Origin: an uncultured Rhodospirillaceae bacterium
GTDB taxonomy: Bacteria; Pseudomonadota; Alphaproteobacteria; Micavibrionales; UBA2020
Direction of reading: 5' to 3'
DNA: 64,000 nt
NCBI GenBank assembly: GCA_964458415.1
Contig: CAYWIT010000015.1
Span: forward strand, 3,192-67,191
The notes beneath the pieces are model-generated. The model saw only the letters and a list, made by a program, of their open reading frames with translations. It made no database searches and had not been told where the DNA came from. Positions 1-8,765 of the stretch are shown in pieces (within the stretch, counting starts at the first letter, position 1; each line of letters opens with the position of its first letter). The position numbers and the translations under genes were made by a program.

Positions 1-1518
1 TTGATACCATGAGCTTTCGAAGAAAGTGTCAAAGGTGTCGGTTTCGCGTTCCGCCGCCCCGCCGCATTGCGGGCAGGCACAGTTTTTCCACGTGGGATGA
101 TTGGCAATCGGGTTTCCGGGTTTGGAGAAATCGACGTCTTCCGGCAGGCGCACCGGCAGGTCTTTTTCCGGCACGGGAACGATGCCGCAGCGGGGGCAAT
201 GGATGATCGGAATCGGGCAGCCCCAGTAGCGCTGGCGGCTGACGCCCCAGTCGCGCAGGCGATAAAGCGTGGTGCCCTGGCCTTTGCCGGCTTTTTCCAT
301 CCGGCAGATCACTTCGGCTTTGGCCTCCTCGACGGGCAGGCCGTTGAGAAAATCGGAATTATAAAGGCGGCCGGGGCCGGTATAGGCCTCCATATCGACG
401 GCGAAGCTTTTCGGATCGGCGCCTTCGGGAATGACGACAGGCAGGACTTCCAGCGCATATTTGCGGGCAAAGTCCAGATCGCGCTGGTCATGGGCGGGGC
501 AGCCGAAAATGGCGCCGGTGCCGTAATCCATCAGCACGAAGTTGGCGATAAAGATGCGCAGGGTCTTGTGCGCGATAAAGGGATGCTGCACGGCAAGGCC
601 GGTATCGAATCCGGTTTTCTCGCCGGCTTCCAGCACCGCTTCGGAAGTGCCGGTCCGGCGGCATTCGGCGATAAAGTCGGCAAGACCGGGGTTTTGCGCG
701 GCAAGGGCCGCCGCCAGCGGATGATCGGGGGAAATAGCGACAAAAGCGGCGCCGAACAGGGTATCGGGACGGGTGGTGAAAATCTCCAGCTCCGGCACGG
801 GACCGTCAATAACCGTGAATTTGAACTGCAAGCCCTGACTTTTGCCGATCCAGTTGTCCTGCATGATGCGGACCTTTTCCGGCCAGCCGTCCAGCTGGTT
901 CAGCCCGTCAAGCAGATCGTCGGCAAAAGCGGTGATCTTCAGAAACCATTGCTTGAGTTTGCGGCGCTCGACCGGCGCGCCCGAGCGCCAGCCGCAGCCG
1001 TCAACGACCTGTTCGTTGGCCAGCACGGTATTTTCGACCGGATCCCAGTTGACGAAGCTTTCCTTTTGGTAGGCGAGTCCGGCCTTGAGAAAGTCAAGAA
1101 AGAATTTCTGTTCATGCTTATAGTATTCCGGCGCGCAGGTGGCGATTTCGCGGTCCCAGTCGATGGCCAGACCCATGCGTTTCATCTGGCTTTTCATCAC
1201 CGCGATATTCTCATAGGTCCATTTGGCGGGATGGACGCCCTTTTCCAGCGCGGCGTTTTCAGCGGGCAGGCCGAAAGCATCCCAGCCCATCGGGTTCAGG
1301 ACGTTGAAACCCTGCGCGCGCTTGTGACGGGCGACGACGTCGCTGAGCGTGTAATTGCGGACATGGCCCATATGCAGGCGGCCGGAAGGATAGGGAAACA
1401 TCGCCAGCGTGTAGAATTTCTTCCTGTCCGCGGATTCCCGAACCGTAAAGCAACGGCGCTCTTCCCAGACTTTTTGCCATTTTGCTTCGGATTCACGGGC
1501 GTTATAACGGTCCTGCAT
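1..1518 (-). CDS. leuS: Leucyl-tRNA synthetase, 5' portion (runs off window start; not in ORF track)
   Basis: Manual reverse translation from ATG at 1518: [26 protein letters not shown]; reading at the window edge gives [15 protein letters not shown], a typical LeuRS motif; lies downstream of DUF3576 as is usual in Alphaproteobacteria. Confidence 0.96.
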   Translation of the reverse strand, partial: MQDRYNARESEAKWQKVWEERRCFTVRESADRKKFYTLAMFPYPSGRLHMGHVRNYTLSDVVARHKRAQGFNVLNPMGWDAFGLPAENAALEKGVHPAKWTYENIAVMKSQMKRMGLAIDWDREIATCAPEYYKHEQKFFLDFLKAGLAYQKESFVNWDPVENTVLANEQVVDGCGWRSGAPVERRKLKQWFLKITAFADDLLDGLNQLDGWPEKVRIMQDNWIGKSQGLQFKFTVIDGPVPELEIFTTRPDTLFGAAFVAISPDHPLAAALAAQNPGLADFIAECRRTGTSEAVLEAGEKTGFDTGLAVQHPFIAHKTLRIFIANFVLMDYGTGAIFGCPAHDQRDLDFARKYALEVLPVVIPEGADPKSFAVDMEAYTGPGRLYNSDFLNGLPVEEAKAEVICRMEKAGKGQGTTLYRLRDWGVSRQRYWGCPIPIIHCPRCGIVPVPEKDLPVRLPEDVDFSKPGNPIANHPTWKNCACPQCGGAAERETDTFDTFFESSWYQ

Positions 1519-1532
1519 GCGTTTTTGATCCT

Positions 1533-2135
1533 TCAGTTTTTATCACGGCCAAGCTGGGCGACGCGCAGTTCGCGCGCGCGGCTGAGAATGGTGTTCTCGA
1601 TATCCGTTGCCATCTGCGCCGGAATGGCGGTATCGCGCCAGCCGTTTTTCTCCTTGGTCTGTTTGAAAACGGCGACGCGCACGCCATCGGCACGCAACTG
1701 CTTGTCGAGGATATAGACATTGACCTTGAACCGCTCTCCGGGGGTTTCGGTATTTTCATACCAGTCGGTCAGGATGACGCCGCCAAACGGATCGGCCGTG
1801 GCAATCGGCATGAAAGAAATGGTGTCCAGCGTTGCGCGCCAGAGAAAGCTGTTGACGCCGATGCCCGAGGAACCCGCGCTGCTGTCGTCTTCTTTGCCGA
1901 ACAGGCGGCTGCCGAAAGTTTCCCCCGCGCCCCAGATGGTGTCGCGTTTCTCGTCGCTATAGACAATCTTGTCGGTTCCTTCGGGACGCGTGGGATAGCT
2001 GGCTTCCTTCTGGATTTTTCCGGCGCAGGCCCCCAGCGGCAGTGCGAAAAATGCCAGAACCAGAGCAGCTGTTAAAGAACGAGATATCCGTGACATATAT
2101 ATAACCCTCTTGATGTGTGTCATGCCGTATTTCAT
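1533..2135 (-). CDS. DUF3576 family lipoprotein (true start probably a later Met, e.g. MSRISRS)
   Basis: Lipobox LGAC; [18 protein letters not shown]...[12 protein letters not shown]...[18 protein letters not shown] signature; typical position upstream of leuS. Confidence 0.85.
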   Translation of the reverse strand: MKYGMTHIKRVIYMSRISRSLTAALVLAFFALPLGACAGKIQKEASYPTRPEGTDKIVYSDEKRDTIWGAGETFGSRLFGKEDDSSAGSSGIGVNSFLWRATLDTISFMPIATADPFGGVILTDWYENTETPGERFKVNVYILDKQLRADGVRVAVFKQTKEKNGWRDTAIPAQMATDIENTILSRARELRVAQLGRDKN

Positions 2136-2306
2136 ACCATGTTTATCGCGGTATTCTCAATTTCTATTCGGATCAGGGGCTTGATATTGCAGCAGACGGC
2201 GTACCACAAGAATATGAAAAGAGGCCTTAAAAAATGATGGCAGGGTCAATATTTTTTTAATATCAAGGGGATATAAGGTGATATTCCAGAACGTCGCAGG
2301 ACGGGC

Positions 2307-2324
2307 TGTTGCGCCGATGCAACA
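2307..2324. promoter_or_regulatory. Perfect palindrome TGTTGC-N6-GCAACA upstream of porin; candidate regulator site
   Basis: tgttgc-gccgat-gcaaca in the divergent DUF3576/porin intergenic region. Confidence 0.35.
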
Positions 2325-2490
2325 CCGGCGTGGCAACGCATCGTCAGGATCGTTCCATCGGTTGACCGGAGGACGGGAACGGGGGTATTTCTTTGATGTA
2401 ACGGCGACGAGGGATGTTCCTAGCAGTCCTCGTTGCAAGTATCAAAAAACGCACTCAAAAATCTTTTTGGGGCAATTTGGAGGAAACACA

Positions 2491-3603
2491 ATGAAAAAAG
2501 TACTTCTCGCAGGTACCGCACTTATTAGCGCAGCGGTGATCTCGACTCCCGCTTCTGCTGAAATCAATCTTGACCTCGGTGGTTTTTTCCGTGGTTACGG
2601 CGTTTACTCTGACGATGATTCTGCTGCTGGCAATCTTCGTGAGTTTGACTTCCGCAAGCACACTGAAATCCACTTCTCCGGCGAAACCACGACAGACGCT
2701 GGTCTGACGGTTGGCGCGCACTATGAAATCGTTCTTGGTGTAGAAGATGCCCTTGGTCTTGACAATGACACAACCGACGAAGCTTACCTTTATGGTTCTG
2801 GCGGCTGGGGCCGTGTCAACTTCGGTACAGAAGATGGCGCTGCTTACCTGCTGCAGGTTGCTGCTCCTTCTGCTGACAGCAATGTTGACGGTCTGCGCAC
2901 TTACATTCAGGGCATCGAAAACACAGCACCTTTCGCTTTTGGTGTGCTGGAATACGACCATGCAGATTTCCAAAACACTGATCGTCTGACCTATCTGTCG
3001 CCGAAATTCAGCGGCTTCCAGGCTGGTGTTTCTTATGCTCCAGAAGCTGGCGAAAATGAGATCGGCAACAACCTTCAAGCTATGAACATAGATGACAATG
3101 CTGGCGATTACGAAGACCTGTGGGAAGCCGCTGCCCGTTGGGATGGCGAATTCGAAGGCTTCGGCATCAGCCTCGGTGCTGGCTACTCGAATGCTTCGGA
3201 TGAAGCAGAAGTTGCCGGTGTAACGGATGACATGGAAACATGGAACGTTGGTGCAAACGTTGCATTCCAGGGCTTCAGCCTTGGTGCTGCATACAAAGAC
3301 ACCAACAACGGTCTCGCCAACAATGGCGACACCACGACTTGGGTTGTCGGCGCTGGTTGGGACAATGGTCCATACCATGTTGGCGCAAGCTGGCTGCAGG
3401 CAGACATGGAAGATGGCTTCCATGGCGGTGTACTCGCTCAGGACTTCGAAGTTGAGCGTTTCACGGTTGGCGGCGGCTACACCTACGGCCCCGGCATGAC
3501 TTTCCGCGGCGCAGTCGCCTTCGGCGATACGGATGATTGGGGTGTTGCTGGCGATGGCCAGGACTTCACGCAAGTCACCGTCGGTACCGACGTACAGTTC
3601 TAA
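2491..3603 (+). CDS. Outer-membrane porin (alphaproteobacterial, Porin_4-like)
   Basis: SD GGAGG then MKKVLLAGTALISAAVISTPASA signal peptide; alternating beta-strand pattern; C-terminal Phe (GTDVQF); codon bias of a highly expressed gene. Confidence 0.92.
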   Translation: MKKVLLAGTALISAAVISTPASAEINLDLGGFFRGYGVYSDDDSAAGNLREFDFRKHTEIHFSGETTTDAGLTVGAHYEIVLGVEDALGLDNDTTDEAYLYGSGGWGRVNFGTEDGAAYLLQVAAPSADSNVDGLRTYIQGIENTAPFAFGVLEYDHADFQNTDRLTYLSPKFSGFQAGVSYAPEAGENEIGNNLQAMNIDDNAGDYEDLWEAAARWDGEFEGFGISLGAGYSNASDEAEVAGVTDDMETWNVGANVAFQGFSLGAAYKDTNNGLANNGDTTTWVVGAGWDNGPYHVGASWLQADMEDGFHGGVLAQDFEVERFTVGGGYTYGPGMTFRGAVAFGDTDDWGVAGDGQDFTQVTVGTDVQF

Positions 3604-3625
3604 TTCTCTTACCTGAGAATAGAAT

Positions 3626-3663
3626 AAAGAGGGGCGGCCCCATAAAGGCCGCCCTTTCTTTTT
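3626..3663 (+). terminator. Intrinsic terminator after porin
   Basis: GGGCGGCC-loop-GGCCGCCC followed by TTTCTTTTT. Confidence 0.85.
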
Positions 3664-3795
3664 GCGCCTTTTACACGCGACGGCCCTCAAGATAAAACTT
3701 TATATATTTCAAGGATTTACAATTTATTTTCCAAAAGTAATATATCGTAAAGCATTTTAAAACTATAATGGAAGGCAGAAAAGGGAAGGGCTCCT

Positions 3796-4224
3796 ATGGT
3801 GCGGCTGGCCATGATTGAAAATCTGAACGATCTGCGGGGTCATTTGACCGCCGGTTTTGCCGCGACGGCCTTGCAGGGGCGGTTCCTGACGGAGCTTGCG
3901 CCGGAGCAGCGCGCGCATGGGACGGGCCTGCTGCGGAATTTCGCAAGGGCCGGCGCCGTGGTGCTGGAACATGAATCAGCCTTCAGCCGCGCGGCGCGGG
4001 ATGATAACGGCCTGCTGCGGTATTTGCGCAGCAGCGAACATTTTGCGGCGCTGAAGAATTTCCGCGCTATCGGGGACGAACTGATCGGCTTGTCCTCTCT
4101 TACGGGCGGAGCCCTTGTGGATCAGGCCAGACAGAATGTCTCAAGGGTTATAGACCGGCCGGTCGCTGCCGGTCACGCGCCCCGTGCCGAAGGTGCCGGA
4201 AGACCAGCGGTTCAGAAGTTCTGA
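3796..4224 (+). CDS. Hypothetical protein
   Basis: 142-aa ORF after an AT-rich promoter-like gap, with GGAAGGG upstream; 3' end overlaps the PBP gene convergently. Confidence 0.55.
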   Translation: MVRLAMIENLNDLRGHLTAGFAATALQGRFLTELAPEQRAHGTGLLRNFARAGAVVLEHESAFSRAARDDNGLLRYLRSSEHFAALKNFRAIGDELIGLSSLTGGALVDQARQNVSRVIDRPVAAGHAPRAEGAGRPAVQKF

Positions 4225-6090
4225 GAATCCTTCTATTTCCGCGCCGTTTTCGTCTCTGGCGAAAAGCGGCGGCGGCACGGTGATGGATAGGGCGGGCTCC
4301 ATATAATCATGCCAGAGACGGGCGGGATATTTTCCGCCGGAAACACGGTCTGTCGGACTGTCGTCGTCATTGCCCATCCAGATTCCCGTGACCAGCTGAC
4401 CTGTATAGCCGATAAACCAGGCATCGCGGTAGTTCTGGGATGTTCCGGTCTTGCCCGCGACATGCCCGCGGGAAAGCTGGGCGGCCTGTCCGGTGCCGCG
4501 GGCGATGACCTGTACCAGCATCTGGTCGAGATCGCGGATGGCGGCGGCGCTGAAAAGACGCGGCGGCGGTGGCGCCTGCCGGCTGTAGAGAATGCGTCCT
4601 TCGCTATCTTCAATGGACAGCACGGCATAGGGCCAGACGGTATGGCCGCCATTGGCAATGGTGGTATAGGCGCCGGTCATGTCCAGCACGGTCGTTTCTC
4701 CGGCGCCCAGACCGGTGGAAAGCTCCGGCTTGAATTTCGTGGAAAATCCCAGCCGTTGTGTCACGTCGAGCAGGCGGGAAATCCCGATCTGGTCGAGCAA
4801 GCGCACGGTGGCGGAATTGAGCGAGAGGGCAAGTGCCGTCGTTAATGAAACCGGGCCGTAATATTTGCCGTCATAATTTTTGGGGCTGTATTTCCCCTTT
4901 GAAAACGGGGCGTCCTCGATCATGTCGCTTTTATCATAGCCCGCTTCCAGCGCCGCCAGATAGACAAAGGGCTTGAAGGCAGAACCGGGCTGGCGTTGGG
5001 CCTGGGTTGCGCGGTTGAACTGGCTTTGGGCGTAATCACGGCCGCCGATCATGGCAAGAACGGCACCGTCATAAGCCAGCGTGACAAGGCCCATTTGCGT
5101 GATACGGTCACTGTCCTGAATGGTGGCAAAAAGATTTTCTTCCGTCGTTTGCGCCAGAGCCTGCAGGCGTGGATCGAAAGTCGTGCGTACGACAAGACCG
5201 GTTTCGTTACCGGTAACAAAGCTGTCGATCTGGTCGATGACCCAGTCGGTGAAATAACGGTCGAGATTGCCGCTGCGGGATTCCGTCATGGACAGCTTGC
5301 TGCTTTGAAGGGTCTTTTTCGCGGCTTTTTCGGTCAGGTATCCGGCGTCGATCATGGCGCCGATGACCGTCTTGGCGCGGTTTTGCGCCTGTTTTGGATT
5401 GGCGGTCGGGGAATAGCGCGAGGGCGCTTTCAGAACGCCGGCCAGAATGGCGCTTTCCCACAAGGTGACATGCCGCGCGGGCTTGCCGAAATAGGTCTGG
5501 GCCGCGGCATCAATACCATAGGCGCCGGCGCCGAAATAGACACGATTGAGATAGGCCGCCAGAATTTCATCCTTGGAGAATTTCCGTTCGATCCAGAGCG
5601 CCATCAGAGCCTCCTGCACCTTGCGGCGGATGGTCTTGTCCGGCGTCAGAAAAAGATTTTTGGCAAGCTGCTGGGTAATGGTTGACCCGCCCTGCACCCA
5701 GCGGCCGGCGCGGATATTGACAGACATCGCGCGGGCCAGCCCGAAGGGATCGATGCCGATATGGCTGTAAAACCGCCGGTCTTCCGTTGCCAGCACGGCT
5801 TCGATCAGATGTTTCGGCAGCTCCGCGATGACGACGGTTTCGCCCTGCAATCCGCCGTAACGCGTGATCAGCGATCCGTCGCGGGCAAGGATGCTGATGC
5901 TGGTCTGGGTCTGGAGCGGCTTGACCTTGTTGACATCGGGCAAATCCCAGGTAAACCAGGTCAGCAACAAGACGCCCGCGGCCAGACCCCACAGGAAAAG
6001 GGGCCAGAAAAACCGGCGCAGCGATTTTACCGTCTTTCTGTGGCGGGGATTCTTCTTATTCTGGACAGGGGCTTTTTTTCGCGCGGGCAA
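4141..6090 (-). CDS. Class A penicillin-binding protein (PBP1A family transglycosylase/transpeptidase)
   Basis: N-terminal TM; TG motifs EDRRFYSH, GGSTITQQLAKN, RKVQE; TP motifs SAFK, SLN, KTG. Confidence 0.93.
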   Translation of the reverse strand: MPARKKAPVQNKKNPRHRKTVKSLRRFFWPLFLWGLAAGVLLLTWFTWDLPDVNKVKPLQTQTSISILARDGSLITRYGGLQGETVVIAELPKHLIEAVLATEDRRFYSHIGIDPFGLARAMSVNIRAGRWVQGGSTITQQLAKNLFLTPDKTIRRKVQEALMALWIERKFSKDEILAAYLNRVYFGAGAYGIDAAAQTYFGKPARHVTLWESAILAGVLKAPSRYSPTANPKQAQNRAKTVIGAMIDAGYLTEKAAKKTLQSSKLSMTESRSGNLDRYFTDWVIDQIDSFVTGNETGLVVRTTFDPRLQALAQTTEENLFATIQDSDRITQMGLVTLAYDGAVLAMIGGRDYAQSQFNRATQAQRQPGSAFKPFVYLAALEAGYDKSDMIEDAPFSKGKYSPKNYDGKYYGPVSLTTALALSLNSATVRLLDQIGISRLLDVTQRLGFSTKFKPELSTGLGAGETTVLDMTGAYTTIANGGHTVWPYAVLSIEDSEGRILYSRQAPPPPRLFSAAAIRDLDQMLVQVIARGTGQAAQLSRGHVAGKTGTSQNYRDAWFIGYTGQLVTGIWMGNDDDSPTDRVSGGKYPARLWHDYMEPALSITVPPPLFARDENGAEIEGFSELLNRWSSGTFGTGRVTGSDRPVYNP

Positions 6091-6096
6091 GGGGGA

Positions 6097-7287
6097 TCAG
6101 GCTGCCCTTTCCAGCGCCACAGCGACGGCTTCGCCGCCGCCGATGCAAAGGGAGGCCACGCCTTTTTTCAGGCCGCGTTTTTCCAGCGCGGACAGCAGCG
6201 TGATCAGGATACGCGCGCCGGATGCGCCGATCGGGTGACCGAGCGCGCAGGCGCCGCCATTGACGTTGACCTTGTCATGCGGCAGGCCGAGTTCTTTCAT
6301 GGCAGCCAGTGTGACCACGGCAAAGGCTTCGTTGATCTCGTACAGATCGACGTCTTTTGCGGCCCAGCCGGCTTTTTCCAATACTTTGCGGGTGGCGCTG
6401 ATCGGGGCGATGGTGAATTCCGCCGGTTTTTGCGCATGGCTGGCATGGGCGCGGATTTCCGCCAGAACCTTCAGGCCGCGTTTCTCGGCTTCGGATTTAC
6501 GCATCAAAATCAGCGCGGCGGCGCCGTCGGAGATGGAGCTGGCATTGGCGGCCGTGACGGTGCCGTCGGGCGTGAAGGCGGGCTTGAGCTGGGGGATTTT
6601 TTCCGGCTTGGCTTTTTTCGGGCTCTCGTCTTCACTCACCACCGTCTCGCCGCCGCGGGACTTGATCTTTACGGGGATGATTTCCGCGGAAAAATCGCCA
6701 TTCTTCGTCGCGTTTTGCGCGCGGGTCAGGGAGGCCAGGGCAAAATTATCTTGTTCCTCGCGGGTGATCTGGCATTTGCGGGCTGTATCGTCGGCGAAAA
6801 CGCCCATCAGGGTGCCCTTGTCATAGGCGTCTTCAAGGCCGTCAAGAAACATATGATCCTGTATCGTGCCATGTCCCATGCGATAGCCGCCGCGGGCCTT
6901 GTCGAGCAGATAGGGCGCATTGGTCATGCTTTCCATGCCCCCTGCGACCATGACCGCCGCTGTTCCGGCCAGAATGTTGTCATGCGCGAACATCACGGCT
7001 TTCATGCCGGAACCGCACATCTTGTTGACGGTGGTTGCCGGGCAGCCTTCCGGCAATCCGGCCTTGATCGCGGCCTGCCGTGCCGGAGCTTGTCCCTGTC
7101 CGGCGGGGAGGACGCAGCCCATGATCACTTCTTCCACATCATTGGCGGCGACACCGGCGCGCTGGAGGGCAGCCTCGATGGCGGCTTTGCCAAGATCGGT
7201 GGCGGTCAGGGCGCTGAGCTCGCCCTGAAATGCCCCCATAGGGGTACGGGCCATGCCTACGATAACGACGGGGTCAGTATTCTGCAT
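6097..7287 (-). CDS. Acetyl-CoA C-acyltransferase (thiolase)
   Basis: NKMCGSG, INEAFA, GHPIGASG, CIGGGEA motifs. Confidence 0.95.
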   Translation of the reverse strand: MQNTDPVVIVGMARTPMGAFQGELSALTATDLGKAAIEAALQRAGVAANDVEEVIMGCVLPAGQGQAPARQAAIKAGLPEGCPATTVNKMCGSGMKAVMFAHDNILAGTAAVMVAGGMESMTNAPYLLDKARGGYRMGHGTIQDHMFLDGLEDAYDKGTLMGVFADDTARKCQITREEQDNFALASLTRAQNATKNGDFSAEIIPVKIKSRGGETVVSEDESPKKAKPEKIPQLKPAFTPDGTVTAANASSISDGAAALILMRKSEAEKRGLKVLAEIRAHASHAQKPAEFTIAPISATRKVLEKAGWAAKDVDLYEINEAFAVVTLAAMKELGLPHDKVNVNGGACALGHPIGASGARILITLLSALEKRGLKKGVASLCIGGGEAVAVALERAA

Positions 7288-7377
7288 AAAAATCACTCCT
7301 GATGCTGCTTTGCACAAATATATACTGATTTAACCATGACCGCTTTTGAAAGCAACTGAAAACGGAATCTTGCCACT

Positions 7378-8745
7378 TTAAAGCGGGGTCGGGGGGGTGA
7401 TGAGCCCGTCACGGAAGGGATTTGTCAGAGCCAGTCTTCCGGTATTATGATCATTCTGCGCCGGAATGACCCATTGTGCGCGGTTAAAACAGCCGCAGCG
7501 GTGACAAAGCGGTGCCCAGTCCAAGGCGGTATAGCCGCAGTCATCGCAGACCCATTTCGGATCTGCCGGACTTTCCGCTGCAATTTCCAGCCATTCACGG
7601 GCTTTAGCTTCACTGCCGGTTTCAATCTGTTCAAGCTTTGCCAATTGCCGGTAATCCTGTGCCTGCAGCAGGTAATCACGGGCTTCGCGCCAAAGCCGTG
7701 CTTCCAGCGCCGCCGTTCCCAGCGCGCGCAAGCTGTCATGATGCTGGGGGTGGAGGTCATAGAGCTGTTTGATCCAGAGATAGCCGTCACGGCCGATATC
7801 ATAGGGGGACGTGGCTTTGCGGGGTTGCGGTTTCAGTCTCGTCCAGAATTCTGCCAGATCAGGATGGGGATTGGCTTGCCAGGCTTTCAGGATTGTCTTG
7901 AGGGCCTTGTGCCGCTTGTTGGCCTGCAGATAGGTGCGGCAAAGCCGCAAAGCGGCGGGCGTATAGGCCGGATCCAATGCAAAGGCCTGTTGTGCCAGTT
8001 TCTGTGCGGCGGGCAGGTTTCCGGTGGAAAAGGCTTCGTCGGCGCTTGCCAGCAACAAGGCCTGCTTGTGATGGAGGGCTTCTTTTGCCGGGAAGACGTC
8101 CAGCTTTGCAGCACGGGCCAGTATTTTCTCGGCTTGTTTCCAGTTGCGGTTGCGCGTTTCCAGATCAAAGAGCGTGCGGAGAACCCAGAGGCGCTTGGGC
8201 TGCATTTTATCCGCCTTGCGGGCCAGTTGCAGGGCTTCCGCAAAGTTTCCTTCCCGCAGCGTATCGGCAAGAAGGCCGCGCAAGCCGAAAAAGGCCGCGG
8301 TCTCATCTTCCAGCAGTGCGGCAAAGGCCCGCCGCGCGCCGGCAGGGTCACCATTGATCTGGCGCGACTGGGCTTCCAGCAATTGCGTGAGCGGCGCTTC
8401 CGGGATCAGGGATTTTGCCCGGCCGGAAAATTTTGCTGCATTGCGGGCATCGCCGGCGGCGATGGCGACCAGCCCGCGTGTGACGGCAAGATAGCCTTTT
8501 TCACGATTGGCGGTGTGACGATAGCGCCGGTAAACAGCGGGGACATTGACAATGGTGTGCCAGAAACGATAAGCAAGCGTCCAGAGAACCAGACCGGCAA
8601 GGAGAACGGCAAGGCTGAATCCGACCGAGGTTTCAATGGCATACCCCTGCCACAGGATTTCAACCGTGCCCGGCTGTTCCGCCAGCCAGACAGTAAGACC
8701 GACCAGAAGGGCTGTTTTCAGTAAAAACCAGATTGCCCGCAGCAT
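7378..8745 (-). CDS. hemY: HemY-like membrane-anchored TPR protein (heme biosynthesis-associated)
   Basis: N-terminal TM pair with GTVEILWQGYAIETS; TPR-like helices; C-terminal CxxC...CxxC; follows the hemD/mic60 gene as in alphaproteobacterial hem clusters. Confidence 0.85.
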   Translation of the reverse strand: MLRAIWFLLKTALLVGLTVWLAEQPGTVEILWQGYAIETSVGFSLAVLLAGLVLWTLAYRFWHTIVNVPAVYRRYRHTANREKGYLAVTRGLVAIAAGDARNAAKFSGRAKSLIPEAPLTQLLEAQSRQINGDPAGARRAFAALLEDETAAFFGLRGLLADTLREGNFAEALQLARKADKMQPKRLWVLRTLFDLETRNRNWKQAEKILARAAKLDVFPAKEALHHKQALLLASADEAFSTGNLPAAQKLAQQAFALDPAYTPAALRLCRTYLQANKRHKALKTILKAWQANPHPDLAEFWTRLKPQPRKATSPYDIGRDGYLWIKQLYDLHPQHHDSLRALGTAALEARLWREARDYLLQAQDYRQLAKLEQIETGSEAKAREWLEIAAESPADPKWVCDDCGYTALDWAPLCHRCGCFNRAQWVIPAQNDHNTGRLALTNPFRDGLITPPTPL

Positions 8746-8765
8746 TCAATCTTCCTTCTTAATTT

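Noticed and set aside
67-1716. Long + strand ORF (549 aa) and similar long antisense ORFs (e.g. 2455-3690, 5761-7302, 7447-8724, 35303-36607, 41472-42680, 44949-47024)
   Set aside because: Each mirrors a well-supported gene on the opposite strand; such shadows are expected in high-GC coding DNA and show no protein motifs
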